Of a stretch of 64,000 bases of DNA, positions 12,083 through 24,800 are shown one piece after another (positions within the stretch are counted from its first letter, which is position 1; every line of letters begins with the position of its first letter). This DNA comes from Lingula anatina (lineage: Eukaryota > Animalia > Brachiopoda). The stretch is from contig CM120645.1 of the NCBI GenBank assembly GCA_051362555.1, positions 4,340,001 through 4,404,000 of the forward strand, in the 5' to 3' direction. The notes under the pieces are model-generated. The model did no database searches. It was given only the letters and a program-made list of their open reading frames with translations, and was not told where the DNA came from. The position numbers were made by a program, and so were the translations under genes.

Positions 12083-13998
12083 TTAGTACCACCAGCGTAT
12101 ACGCTGGCGGTACTCATGGTTTTAGTCCCGACCCGTCTCGTACAGCTCTGCCGGCTCCTGTGGCTCCGCCGGCTCCTGCGGCTCCGCAGTCGGGCGCCGG
12201 AAACAAGTCACCGTTACCGCTTCTCCTCCTAGACCGCCAGGACCTGTGTCCCCATCTCTTGGATTTAGGTCACATATAATCTCAACTTGAACACCCTGTT
12301 TTTTTTATCTCTGTCGGTGCATTGGCCTGGGCGTGACACTTGTTGAAACGCACCCTTGTCAAAATTTTTGAAAATTCAAGGCTAAATATCTCCCAAACCA
12401 AAGGAATTATGGGAAAAATTACTACAGAAGTCTGACCGAAACTCATATGTGGAGATTCCAAATATGCCCTTGGATTTGACTTTTGACCTTTTTTTCAAGG
12501 TCAAACAAGCTAAAATTTTCTAAAAAATGGGAATTTTCTGCAAAAAAATATTTGTTTGTGCTATTTTTTGGAAACTACACAGATCTAAGCTCTCCTGTTA
12601 CAGTGAGGGGTTACAATTGGGGACTCCTTTCATCTTTGGGAGTTTGGGGTCAATCGGTGCATTTTCACGGGAGAAGCAGCCATTAGATCCCGAAACTGAA
12701 AACTTGTTTTTATTCTGGAATGGTAAATGCCAGAAACCTTTTGTTCATCGCATTTTGTAGAACTTGTCAAGTGCAATACTGGAGGTGGTGTTCATTTTTT
12801 TGTTTTCGATATGGTTTAGGCATTGCGCTATATCAAAAATTACAACATTGCAATATTCAGTGGGGAAAATGATAAATATTCCAAAATTAGCAGAGATATG
12901 CCCATAGTTACTATTGAACTTGAGTAAGAAGTCATATACTGGTAATCTAACTGTGACCTTGAAATTGACCTTTGACCTACATTTCATGATGAACTGCACT
13001 TTGAAGTTTTCTGATCTTTATATCTCCAAAACTGGCAAAGATACGCCCATAGTTACTATTGAACTTGAATAGGAAGTTATATACTGTTAATCTAACTGTG
13101 ACCTTTAAATTGACATTTGACCTACTTTTCACCATGAACTGAACTTTGCAAATTTTGCTTTCCTTTTATCTCCAAAACTGGCAGAGATACACCCATAGTT
13201 ACTGTTAAACATGAATAGGAAGTCATATACTGGCATTCTTATTGTGACCTTGAAATTGACCTTTGACCTACTTTTCAACATGAACTGAACTTTGCAAATT
13301 TTCTATCCCTTATATCTCGAAAACTGGCAGAGATAGGTCCAAAGTTACTATTGAACTTGAATAGAAAGTCATAAACTGGCAATCTTACTGTGACCTTGAA
13401 ATTGACCTTTGACCTACTTTTTATGTTGAACTGCACTTTGCATGTTTCCTGGCCTTCATATCTCCAACATTGGTAAAGAAATGCCCATAGCTACTATTGA
13501 ACCTTTATAGGAAGTCATATACTGTGGCCTTGAAATTGACCTTTGACCTACCTTTTTACCACAAACTGAACTCTGCATATTTTCGTGCCCTTCATATCTT
13601 CAAAACTAGCAGAGATCTGCTCAGTGTTGTCCCTAGGTTTTCTCTTTTGTCAGCATACCGGTATATGCAATACTGATAATGCATTTCAAGGAAAACCAAT
13701 AGGCCTATTGTCTAGAAAATCACAGGAGTGATCAGTGTTAGGAAAATATAGGTCAATTTGAATATCTCCTTGATTGGACCATTTTAACTGTTATGTTTTT
13801 TTGATTTTTTTTTTTTTTTTTGTGCATATTTTGAGAACTCTTGTTTATTGCATTTTATAGAGCTTGTCAAGCACAAGACTGGTGGTGGTGTCCAATTTTT
13901 TTTTATTATTTTTTTTTGGGGGGTGTCCTTACGAATGTGCTTACTCCAGCTGGTGGTACAATATCCAGAGGCGGTATCGCCTCTCTGATCCTCTAGTT
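12083..13998 (+). mobile_element. Non-autonomous Helentron-type element (DINE-1/HINE-like) with an internal satellite array
   Basis: Left subterminal repeat gtaccaccagc is followed by its own inverted copy (gctggcggtac) and a ggctcc micro-repeat. Central 146-bp tandem array. Right subTIR gctggtggtac (13949-13959), stem-loop agaggcg-gtat-cgcctct and terminal ctagtt. T-rich flanks. Confidence 0.75.
12890..13620. repeat. Tandem array of about 5 x 146-bp units
   Basis: The anchor cccatagttact (or close variant) recurs at 12901, 13046, 13192, 13338 and 13484. Units carry gtgaccttgaaattgacctttgaccta with few substitutions. Confidence 0.92.
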
Positions 13999-14212
13999 TT
14001 CATATAAATTGTGTGTTATAACAAGAGAACAGGATTTCATAAATTCACACTCACTATTAGCCAGTATGCTCTACCTGTGAAGATATATTAATCAGAAGAG
14101 TTGAATTCTGGTTGGAAGTAGTCCACAATGGTTTTAGAAAAGTCCCTATAAAGATACAAGCAAATGACTGTATTGTTAAGTGGTATTTAATTCTCATATT
14201 TTTCCTCCCAAG

Positions 14213-14289
14213 GGTATCAACATAGCCAGTAATACAAAATGGAAGAAAGACCATGGAATCTCAGACACAGACACTGACTATGTGTTCAG
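14213..14289 (+). CDS. CXXC1: CXXC1 exon 7 (linker)
   Basis: Pyrimidine tract plus aag acceptor; GINIASNTKWKKDHGISDTDTDYVF; donor gtgagg. Supplies the phase 0 to phase 2 change required by exon 8. Confidence 0.7.
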
Positions 14290-14777
14290 GTGAGGACCGA
14301 GTGTTCTTCCTTTGATCTTGTCATGATAATATTACGCAGTACTTGAAAGCTCGGCATTATAATTTTTTTGTAATCTGCAGTTTTTATTTATTTTTACTAT
14401 AGTGGCAATGGTATAGTAGGGAAGTATCAAATTTTTTCTTTGGCAGTTGCAGCCTGATGTGGCTTAGGGGAAGAAGCAGATGGAAGGGGGGGGGGGGGGG
14501 GTGAAGTTTAAAATGAAAGGTTGTGGAGGGGGAGGGGTGGAAAATCTTTTGTCTAGTTGCTATTGTTTATGCATATTAGCAAGTCTGGGTGTATATTGAA
14601 AAAAGAAATGGAGAAGGTTACTATCATACTTTGCACATTTGAGGAACAAAAGTGGTTTCTTATACAGGAAAATAGAAAATTTCAGTTTAGAAAAATTTCT
14701 ATTTCCCTAAATGATACTATCAGATTTTTCTATTACAGCATGAGATTACCTTAATATATATTTATTTTCTATTACAG

Positions 14778-14838
14778 TGACAGTAGCACCAGGGATCTTG
14801 AAGGAAATGAAAATTTTATTCGGTCAGATCATCCTAGG
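14778..14838 (+). CDS. CXXC1: CXXC1 exon 8 (linker)
   Basis: ttacag / gtaagt; DSSTRDLEGNENFIRSDHPR. Confidence 0.72.
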
Positions 14839-15070
14839 GTAAGTCAGTTAACAGGTACAAGAGAGAATCTATAAGGCTTAACATGCAGTAATACTAAGTC
14901 AGTAACTGAATTTAAAATTATTTATTCCAGTAAATATATTTAATTAATTGACGAATTGCAACACTGCAGACTGTCAGCAAAACTTACTTGTTTTTCCTAT
15001 TATCACTTGATGAAGCAGCCACTAATGAAAACAATTTGAGCAGTGATTTACGTAAACTTTACTTTTCTAG

Positions 15071-15166
15071 TCAAGAGAGCGCCACTCCAGTCTCTCTGAC
15101 TACACCCCACCAAGGAAGAGGCAAAAGGAAGAAAGCAGGAGTAAAACTGACAAGAAAAAGACAGAG
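15071..15166 (+). CDS. CXXC1: CXXC1 exon 9 (basic linker)
   Basis: ttctag / gtttgt; SRERHSSLSDYTPPRKRQKEESRSKTDKKKTE. Confidence 0.75.
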
Positions 15167-15371
15167 GTTTGTTCTTTTTTCAACATCTGGCTATAACCTT
15201 GACTTAAATGCTTAAATACCTAAATGAATCTTGTTATATTTATGATTTCTTTCATCCTACTTTTTTTTCTCCACCTGTCGATGATGTAGGAATAATTGGA
15301 GACATTGTGGCAGACTGTCTTTTGATATTGTGTGTATGTAACATTATAACAACCTTTGATTATTTATCATT

Positions 15372-15407
<36 letters not shown>

Positions 15408-15510
15408 TTATTATTGTAATTTTTTTTTTTTTTTTTTTTGGTTTATTATCCAGGGACAGTATCTTTTTCATAATGCATGCATGTTGATAAGTCAGTATTC
15501 ATCATTATAG

Positions 15511-15698
15511 AAAAGGAAACCAAAGCCCAAACAAACCAAGACAGTGCGCAGACGTGGCCAAAAGGAATACGATGTGGACATATACCAGGAGACGGACGGC
15601 GACACTCCTCGTCAATGCTACGGACCAGGATGTATAGAAGCTGCACGCTTTGGGTCCAAGTACTGTTCTGATGAGTGTGGAATGAAACTAGCTGCCAA
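15511..15698 (+). CDS. CXXC1: CXXC1 exon 10
   Basis: ...PRQCYGPGCIEAARFGSKYCSDECGMKLAA, the conserved CFP1 motif. Confidence 0.93.
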
Positions 15699-15996
15699 GT
15701 TAGTTTTTATTTCTTAATTATTGTTTAATTTTTTAAAAGTATTCCTTGTCAAAATGCAATTATTTAAAGTCATTGATGCCATAAGTCACAAATTTGAGCC
15801 CATTTAAAATTTGTGCAACATCTTATGAAAAAATTTATGTGATTTTGTACATGATGAATTTACTTCATGATACTGCAAGTATTTTTGATCAGTTGAATTT
15901 GGCCAGGGTTCACAGGAAAATCTGTTTTTGCTTATCTAAAACAGTTGGACTGAATTAGCATATAATTATTTTTAAAAATTGATTTCATCATTCCAG

Positions 15997-16204
15997 TCGC
16001 ATTTATGAAATCCTTCCCCAGCGCATTCAGCAGTGGCAGTCCACCCCGTGTGTGGCGGAGGAAAATAACAAGAAGATGCTGGAGAAGATCCGCCAGCAGC
16101 AGCTGGAGGCCAGAATGAGGCTAGGTGACCTTGATCTGAAGCACAAAGAGCTTGACATGATAGTAGAAAAAGCTAAAACTGCTACTGTGGATTTTGGTCA
16201 AGAG
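15997..16204 (+). CDS. CXXC1: CXXC1 exon 11 (SET1-interaction/coiled-coil region)
   Basis: RIYEILPQRIQQWQSTPCVAEENNKKMLEKIRQQQ... Confidence 0.95.
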
Positions 16205-16230
16205 GTATGAATTTTAACTGGACCAAAAAT

Positions 16231-16234
<4 letters not shown>

Positions 16235-16290
<56 letters not shown>
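16235..16290. repeat. (TA)n microsatellite
   Basis: Long AT dinucleotide run in CXXC1 intron 11. Confidence 0.95.
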
Positions 16291-16295
<5 letters not shown>

Positions 16296-16536
16296 TGGTA
16301 TGTCCGTTAAACTTTATTTTCCCTTCAGGAAAGCTGTTTGTTTTCTCTGTCCCTGCCAGTTTTGGTCAAGAAAGTTGATGATATTTGCAAGCACACAGTC
16401 ATAATTAGAATAATTCTTTTTGTTTTAATTTTTTATTTTGCTTGGCAATGGAGGTAGGTAGATCTATTTTTAAAAATTATTTACTGATTTTATCAGCTAG
16501 ACATAATATCTAAGTACTGCTTTTCTTCCTTTTTAG

Positions 16537-16644
16537 AACACAGAAGGAGAGGATGAATCTGAACTGACTGTTTTTTGTGTCACATGTGGTCATGAATTCA
16601 ATACACGAGGTGCTTTGAAACATATGGAGAAGTGTTTTGCCAAG
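16537..16644 (+). CDS. CXXC1: CXXC1 exon 12
   Basis: ...VFCVTCGHEFNTRGALKHMEKCFAK. Confidence 0.95.
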
Positions 16645-16982
16645 GTAGGTTTCTTACAGGAGTTTTGATTGGTTAAATGCATGAAAAAGACACTTACTCT
16701 ATATTTTGTTTTCTAGTCAATTGACATTCTAGTTTGTTTGAAGTAATGTATATGACCAGTAAGTAATCAATTGAGCCTTTTCAGTTGCTGGACTAACCTG
16801 AAAGTACTCTAAAGTTCCTTAACATTTTGATTTACATGTGTTTTTTTTTTTTTTTTGCCAGGTTTTATAAGAATGATTCACATTTAGAAGAAATATGTTT
16901 CAAGTTTTTAAAATAAAAACAGTTTACTTTTCAACAAGAAGATGTCCATGTTATTTATTTATTTGTTTGTTTGTTTTTCCAG

Positions 16983-17126
16983 TATGAGAGCCAGACATCA
17001 TTTGGGTCAATCTACAAGACCAGGATAGAAGGAAACTCCATGTTTTGTGACTACTACAATTCTCAACAGAAGACATACTGCAAACGATTAAAAGTGTTGT
17101 GTCCAGAGCATTCCAAAGAACCAAAG
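16983..17126 (+). CDS. CXXC1: CXXC1 exon 13
   Basis: YESQTSFGSIYKTRIEGNSMFCDYYNSQQKTYCKRLKVLCPEHSKEPK. Confidence 0.96.
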
Positions 17127-17418
17127 GTCGAGTTTCTCAATGTCTTGACCAATGTCCACTACTTGGTCCACCTCTTTGTGGCTTAAATGAACCAGTAACT
17201 TCCAAAATATGTCAAGAATTAAAAAAAAAAAAATCCCCCTCCCCTTATCCTTTATGTCCCCTCCCTCTGTCTAGTTTTAGGTTTTATAAAGTGTATCAGA
17301 ATTTAAGTGATAATATTGCTTTTTTTTTTTCTTCGCCAGTTGATGTTTTATAAATTTTATCAGAATTAAAGTGAATATTACAGTTTTTTTATTCATGTTT
17401 TTATGGTTTCATTTCCAG

Positions 17419-17571
17419 GTTGGTCCAGATGAAGTGTGTGGATGTCCGTTAGTCTCAGATGTCTTTGAAGAAACGGGAGAAATCTGTCGCCTGCCAAAAC
17501 GTAAATGCAACAAGCATCACAGCTGGGAGAAACTCCGCCGCTCTGAGATTGATATGGAAAGAGTGCGACAG
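17419..17571 (+). CDS. CXXC1: CXXC1 exon 14
   Basis: VGPDEVCGCPLVSDVFEETGEICRLPKRKCNKHHSWEKLRRSEIDMERVRQ. Confidence 0.96.
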
Positions 17572-17751
17572 GTGTGATTTCTTCACTGTTGTTTCTGAAA
17601 GCTTAGTTATACATTAGTCCCATTTTTTTCCTGTTTCCAAATTAAAAAGAAAATGTCATTGAAAGTGAAAAAAAAAACAAATGAAGGTTTTAAGACATAA
17701 GAAATCAGAGCAATTAGATCACTAAATATTATCTCATTTTCCTCTTCACAG

Positions 17752-17892
17752 TGGCTGAAATTGGATGAGCTATTTGAGCAGGAGAGGAACATTCGTATGG
17801 CCATGGCAAACCGCGCGGGCGTCCTGGGGCTAGTTCTACACCAGAGTATCGACCACGACCCCATGAACCCCATCAATCCAGTGAAGGGATGA
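17752..17892 (+). CDS. CXXC1: CXXC1 exon 15 (last coding exon)
   Basis: WLKLDELFEQERNIRMAMANRAGVLGLVLHQSIDHDPMNPINPVKG-stop (TGA). Confidence 0.96.
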   Translation, partial: WLKLDELFEQERNIRMAMANRAGVLGLVLHQSIDHDPMNPINPVKG

Positions 17893-18384
17893 CAGCTGGA
17901 ATGTCATTGGACGAAATGGGACTGATAGGGACAGAGATTCTGGGACTGATACAGTCCTAAAATCTAGAAAGGGATGGGGCTTAAATTTCCAGACTAGAAA
18001 CTTTGAACCTGAAACTTAAATCTAAGAATGAGAATTAAAGAATTTCTGGAAAGGGTTTCAGATCATTTTGTATGGTTGAATGGGAAGAAATATGAAACTG
18101 AAGCTGTAGAACAAACATGACAAAATGTAATCAGCAATAATCATACAAGGACCTCGTTTTTATTTACAAAATGCTAGAAGGGAAAACTGAAGAGGTTTTA
18201 AATACAGTTACCAGATACCAGGCATGAAGTTTTTTTTTTAATTTTATTTTTTTCAACGAAGGATTTTTAGCAGAAACAGATGTCCAAAAAGACATTCCTT
18301 ATCCTAAGTTTTCTGAAACCCACCAATCCCAGTTGTACCTGTTGGTTTATTGTTTATAAACTTGTGTGAGCAGAGACTTCTTTT

Positions 18385-18810
18385 TGTACCTTATCGAGTT
18401 CCGTATTTTGTTCTTAAGGCACCTTTTATGTCCTCTAAGTCCTTTCTTTGTCTTACAGGTCCTTAACATGCCCTTTAATTCTTGTTGTATCCTGTATGCC
18501 ACTATTGTGTCCTTGAGGTTCCTACGGAGTCCTCAAGATCCCCCTTGTGCCCTTAGTTCCCTGTTATGTCTCAGGGCCCCTATTGTGTAGGTTCTTACTG
18601 GGTTTTTCAGGTATTTACTGTGCCCTCTAGGTCCTTGTTGTGTTCTCTGTGTGACTTTTTTCTCTTCTGGGTCTCTGTTGAGCTCTTAGGGCCGTGTTGT
18701 GCCATCTAGGTCCCCATTGTGTCCTTTAGGAACCGCTGGGTCCTTATTTTGCCTGTGGGTCCTTGTTTTGTTTTGTAGGCCCTTCTTGTTTCCTAAGGTC
18801 CTTATTATCC
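18385..18810. repeat. Degenerate minisatellite with a period of about 20 bp, downstream of the CXXC1 stop
   Basis: Recurrent units resembling AGGTCCTTGTTGTGCCCTCT (e.g. aggtatttactgtgccctct, aggtccttgttgtgttctct, agggccgtgttgtgccatct, aggtccccattgtgtccttt). Confidence 0.7.
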
Positions 18811-21800
18811 TCCTCTACACCAAGGTTCATTACCAATGAAGCATGTGTGGGAGTAATGTGCATTAGACAGGAAAATTATTACAGAAAATGGGGATATCCC
18901 CCTGCCTAGTAGATTTCCCATTCATTGGTAGCCAACTTAAAGAGTACTGCCTAGCTTGATACATTTTGTATGTTGAAGTCTTCTCAGCAGGATTGGAGAT
19001 TTATACTCGGCAAATTATCTGAATTGCAAGTGGGGGGCATGACTATTTTCATTCATTTCTGTCCTAGAACCTTCATTAAAAAGTCAATAAGAGGAGGTGT
19101 GCCCCTTTTAAAAGAGCACTTTATTTGATTGTCTGATATTTATTTAGTCTGGTAATTAAGGAAATACAGCTGTTTGGAATTTATGGTTTCAGGATTCTGC
19201 TCAAATTGGAATGTTTCAACCATTGTGAGTTGAATAAGAATTAGGCGATTGTCTATTTTGGATGTTGCTTAATAATAGTAATATGATACCTAAAATACTT
19301 TGCGGTTTCAAGAGTAAATATATGCAAGTCACGTATTTAATGTTCAACTGGCATTTCACACTGTTGGATTTTAAAAGCATTCTTATGGGTCTTTCAAAAA
19401 ATGTTCAGAATGTACCTGCAAGATATTTTGTGATAAAGAAAAGTCAGTTTGATACATGAAAACACACAGATCTTTGAATTAATTCCTCTTGGTAACAAAG
19501 CTTGGGGGGAAAAATTATAGTTCAACTGAACACAGTTCATGGTTACTGTGACTGGACAAGTAAAATCTTGTTTACAAACTGGCCAGAGGTCATCAGCAAT
19601 TTTCCAGTTTTAACAAGTGTAATTTTAACTAGCAACCTTGTGCTTTTCGGATGCACATTTACTGGACTTTAGTCAAAGATTGTTTTAAATTATGCATTCC
19701 TAATATTTAATCTTTCAATTGAGTGCATTTTTAAAGCAGAGATTTCTTAGCTTGTAATATGCCTTTGAGACTGTAAAATCGGAATAATCTAGAAAGTTTC
19801 CTGTGAGGGAAAACGGCTGTTTTTGTTCTTCCATTGTGTCCTAGGTGCTAGTGGCAATAACAATCCTGCCTCAAAAACATTTTTATTTGTTTATATTTTA
19901 TTTTATTGGGTAGAACCAGAAGTACAGAGAAATCACAAGTGGACATTTTGTATGTCTTTCCTTTTGTGGAAAACCATTAAAAGTTCATTTAACTCCGAAT
20001 TCTGGTTGTCCAGTTTGAATAGTTGTACAAAGGGTAGACTTTATTCCTGTAAACAATTTAGGATTTAGTTTGATATGTATGATAAACACGTAAACGATGT
20101 GAGCCAGCTAATTTTATTAAAAGTGTGCATGCATTTCTAACTGCTGAATTGAAGGAATCATTGTGTAATGTGGCAACATTACAGTTTGTAGTCTGTACAA
20201 AGAGAGTATTTTTCCAGTTAAATATATATGCTGTATATCATAATTTATTAATTCTTAGTTGTAACATGATTGTGTTTAAACTCCAATTTTGTATAATCCA
20301 TAATAGTTATATGATATGATAGTTACCATAATAAGAGGTATGAGTAGAAGTCTCCAACAAGTCTTCAGAAATGCACGCTGAATGCGATTGAAAAATGCTT
20401 GCATTTCTTTGCTCGTGTTATTTGTTAGAAAATTTGGAGGCTTGATCGCTACATTGTAGATTAATTAGCATTGTACTTGCGGCGCAAAAAAACAAGATGT
20501 TATGTAATTGGTGTAATGTAAATGGCACCAGTGTAAAAGTGGACGATTTACTTTAGAACATTAGAGAAGATAAGCCAATGCGTTGTCTTTCTAAAGGCCA
20601 CGATTGTTTTGTTTTACGTTGTTTGTACAATCATTTTGTTTCATCTTGGTAATTTATGAGGCATAATAAGGTATGTGGACACTGATCAGATCATTTAATG
20701 ATCCACAAGAGGCTTCCTTTCATATTAATGTATATGTGCTATAGCTTAGTTTGTAAAGAATGTAGAAAGAAAAACATTTTTCTATAATTTGCATGCAATA
20801 TAACTGTGCTCATGCATTAGGTGTTAATGCTTATGTGGAACGAGGTTGAAGACTTTAGGCCTTTTTTGTTGGAAAACGTCCATTTTCTCGCATATGGCGG
20901 CCATTAAAATGGACCAACTTGATGGTCATTGCATGTACATTTCCTTGAATATATATGTAAATGTAAGATACATTTTTTAGAAAATATTTAAAATTAAAAA
21001 CCTGAATCGCACTTTGGTATTTCTTTGTTTTCCTTTCTATTCAGAGTGGTGTGCCATGTGATCGTGGTACATGACACGTTGCCATTGAAACTACATGTTT
21101 GGTTATTTACCAAAACTTACCTAATTTATTGCAGTTGGGAGGTCATTTGGTCTATGCTTGGTCCTTTGTACGGTATCAACAGGCGGCTTTTCTTTTAAGA
21201 ACAAATACAAAAGGCAATACGGAGGTAAACTAGGAAAATATGGGCTCTTTATTTGTCAATAAGTAACACTGACGTGGTCAATAAAATATCACTTTCTTAA
21301 CATAAATTATCTCAAATGTTTTTTTGATAAGTGCTCCAAAGTAAATGTTCCCAGGGCCACTTTTATATTAAGTTTGTTGAGGTGTAAAATAGGTTGTTCC
21401 ACCCCTATGCCATTGTCCTCGGCAACATCAAAGAGACCGATATTGGCCACGTTCACACGATGATAACAGTATTCCACTGATATCGGTCTAAATGGTGTCA
21501 GTCGTCCTAGTTACAACTAAGGAGGGCATCCTTTGAAAATGTCCCAGGGAATTGTTTATGGAGTCGATATGAAAGGTTTGCTATCTGCGTTTGAGAAAAT
21601 CCCAAAATCATATTTCCTATATCTACATATTCCATAGGCTACTTATACTTCCCAATTCAGATCGTAAAAACGATGAAACCCCTCAAATTAAAGCTACTGC
21701 AATCAGTATTTTTATTCTGTAATGTACAAGAAGACATTGCTGCCTAATTGTTTTGATAAAAAATTTAATTGGGGGTTAATGGTACCTTTAAATGTAAGGG

Positions 21801-24800
21801 CACCGATTCAGTTTCGATCTGATAAAGGTTAGTGTAAAATATGCCAAAACGATACCTACTCACCCTGAAACTGAAAGTTACATCACATAAAATGAAATGA
21901 TCTGTGAATATAATTGTCATGTATGGCGTAATGGTGCAACAAGGCCCATTTCATTTGTTTTACACTGTTAAAACATCACGCTTGCGTTTTTGTTTAACGG
22001 TCTTGGTACCAATCATCAATATGGATGTAATCGCCGCTCCTGGCCACAAATGGATATTCAAGTAGGTGTAATGTTTGTATTGAAACCAAGAGCGGCACCA
22101 AACAACAATACTCGAATACGTCACTTCAATAATAGAACCAGACAACAGTGCTGTTAAGCACTCTTAGTTGTTTAAAAATAAAGATATCAACTGTATTTTT
22201 TAAAAGATGGCGCTATGCATAGCCACTTCTAAGTCGACTGAATTGTGGTCAAAATATACAAACCCCTTTTCGATAGGCCCCTATCAGACGAACATTTACT
22301 TTATACACAAAATTTGTTAGTATACAAGATTTGCAATGCCAAATAAGTGGTTTTTGTCTCATTTCACATTTTATTTTGATTGTTTAAAACGCTAGCTATA
22401 AAACATGTAAAGCAATCTTTTTAAAATTTTGGTAGACGACATTGATTTTAACTTAAAACGCACCAATTCTTATCTACATGTACGTTGCATTATTAATTAA
22501 AATCACTAATGGTTAAAAAATAGTGCTCACGTGCCCCCCCCCCCCCCCCACTTTGCTTCAAAGGTACTCCTTGCCACCACCACCACCCCCCCCCCCCACC
22601 ACCCCCCAAAAAAGGGGGAAATGATGATAAGCAAAACAAGACAAAAGAAAGCAATTTACCATTCCTCTGCCCTAAATTGTTCAGGATAGTGAAAGTAAAA
22701 AAAAAAGAAGGCGAAAGTTCTGTTTTCACCAAGGTCGTTTGCCAGCTGAGTCATGGTGCATCATGTTAGTTCACTTGTCACAAGATGAAATATACGTGCA
22801 TCAACCTCGGCATTCGAGCACCCTATTAAACGCACAAAATGATAAACACTCACCCCAGTATAGTTTATTTTTGAATTAAGAAAACCACAAACTCAGAGGC
22901 GGTGTGGCCATTGTCCCAGGGTAAGTTCACGGGGACTAGGTGGTGCTCCATCCAGGGGGTACATAAAACGTTTTTAAATCTTAAAACTGTGGTGACGTAT
23001 TTGGGAAAATGCCCAACGATTAGGAGTGTTCAGACAAAATGTGATTTGGAACGAAAGGAAATCGGTCTTACTAACGTCGACAATTGTCTGGAATGATTTA
23101 CCAAAGGTTTCGAATCTCAATGGGATGTATGTACATGTTATATGCAGAGCTTGTGATTCTTTGTTCTTTTTAACTTCATGTCATGGACTCATAGTGCATT
23201 ACATATTCACATTTTCTGTCTTAACAAGCACAACTCACAAAAAGAAAAAAAACTAGAGGTAATTGGATTAATTAGTATTGATAAACTCAGATTGTCAACA
23301 ACTTTATTTAAACGTAGCGGTCGCAATTATCGGAAGCTTCACGACCGACTAGTCCAATCAAATTTAGTTACTGTAACTATAACCAAAGGCAGCTTTATAA
23401 CTGTGACAACAAAAAAAAACATTTTGAATTAAGTTTCAGTACTTGAAGTACGCACGGTAAACAAAACAAAATTCTTTGTGAAATGCAAAATTCCTAGCCG
23501 ACTAATCTTCTGTTTGCGGTTTACGGTGATTTGTGAAACGAGGTCTTGTGTGAAATAGAAGGTTTTGGACAATGGGTACCTTTGTTATAAACCAGAAACA
23601 GCTTAAATGAGCTGGATTATTTTTACTTTATGTCTTTTTAACATTTTTATGTCTCTTTTTTGACGTCATATATCAGTTAGACGTCCACTCCTTCCTTAAA
23701 ATCTCATTTTACTTGCAGTAAGGTTTTGTGTTTTATATCTTCACACAAAATTTGGTTATCTTTAATGTCCATTTGGTGCCGCAACGTTGACCTCGCTTTT
23801 CTGTAACACCCACTCAACATAACGTTATAAACGTTTTTTATCTTAATGCTTTTCTGTGTTTTATGCGATGGACGTCAATGTAATTGTTTATTATTCGACA
23901 CAGATTTAATTTTAAACCATTTACGTATATTGCCTATTCGCACTGGCAAACTATATGAGTGATGGTAAAAATTTATTTGAATTGTTGGCCATATACCAAT
24001 GCGTAATATACCGATGTGAGGAACACCCTACTGTTGTATAGATTATACCTTACACGTATGACAAAAGCATGTGAAGTGCTCAATGCATATGATATAGACA
24101 TACTGGGATATACATGTAGTATAGCTGCATTTTAGGGTGTTAACTGCTTACTCTGAAAAAAAACTTTTGACACGAACATCGAAGGAAAAATATTGGTATC
24201 AGTGTGTCTCTAAACTTATTCCAAAATATCTCATATTTAACAGACGGTATTTCGGTAGTTTACTTTTACGGGCTTATCTTTATAATTAATCCTAATATTG
24301 CAATGCGCCATGAGCACCTAAATGGAACATTTTTCAAATAATATCTGAAATGAATTTTTTTATTAATTGACAGTGACAATTCTATACATTGGCAATGAAC
24401 TATTTGCAGAAATTGATAGAAGCATTTTAAACATACATTACTCTGGGATGTGTATCATACATGATTGCAATGTATGCAATCTAAAGTTAATAAAAATTGT
24501 GCATTCTGAGTGCGTTTTTCTCTTACATTATTGTTCAGTATATAATTACTACACAAACTTAAAATAGCACTGACACCTTTGACGCACTTAAATGATATAC
24601 AGCATAGATTAAAGTCCTGTGTCCATTGTATCACTGCTGAAGGTACTCTTCGGGTATATCTAATGTTCTCTCACAAGAGTGCGTTAAGTGCAGTCGGTTC
24701 CATTCCTCAGTGGGCCGATTTCAATCTCCAATAGTCTTTGGATGCTGCCAGTGCAGTCCCCTTGGGTGGCCTCGTTACTGTCAGCGAGCCGTTGGTCATT

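Larger units (their letters stand above)
1354..17892 (+). other. CXXC1: Gene model: CXXC-type zinc finger protein 1 (CFP1, SET1/COMPASS subunit), 15 coding exons, 619 aa
   Basis: join(1354-1383,7875-8146,8867-8967,9351-9463,9689-9787,11906-11974,14213-14289,14778-14838,15071-15166,15511-15698,15997-16204,16537-16644,16983-17126,17419-17571,17752-17892). All introns are GT-AG with consistent phases, giving a 1860-nt open frame. PHD finger, CXXC domain and SET1-interacting/Cys-rich C-terminus occur in the canonical order. Confidence 0.93.

Noticed and set aside
12016-12279. Pro/Ala-rich ORF that might be a CXXC1 exon
   Set aside because: It is the micro-repeat at the left end of the Helentron-type element, and the CXXC1 frame is complete without it.
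12890-13620. Regularly spaced repeats as a CRISPR-like array
   Set aside because: Whole 146-bp units are homologous with no unique spacers, and the context is a eukaryotic intron.
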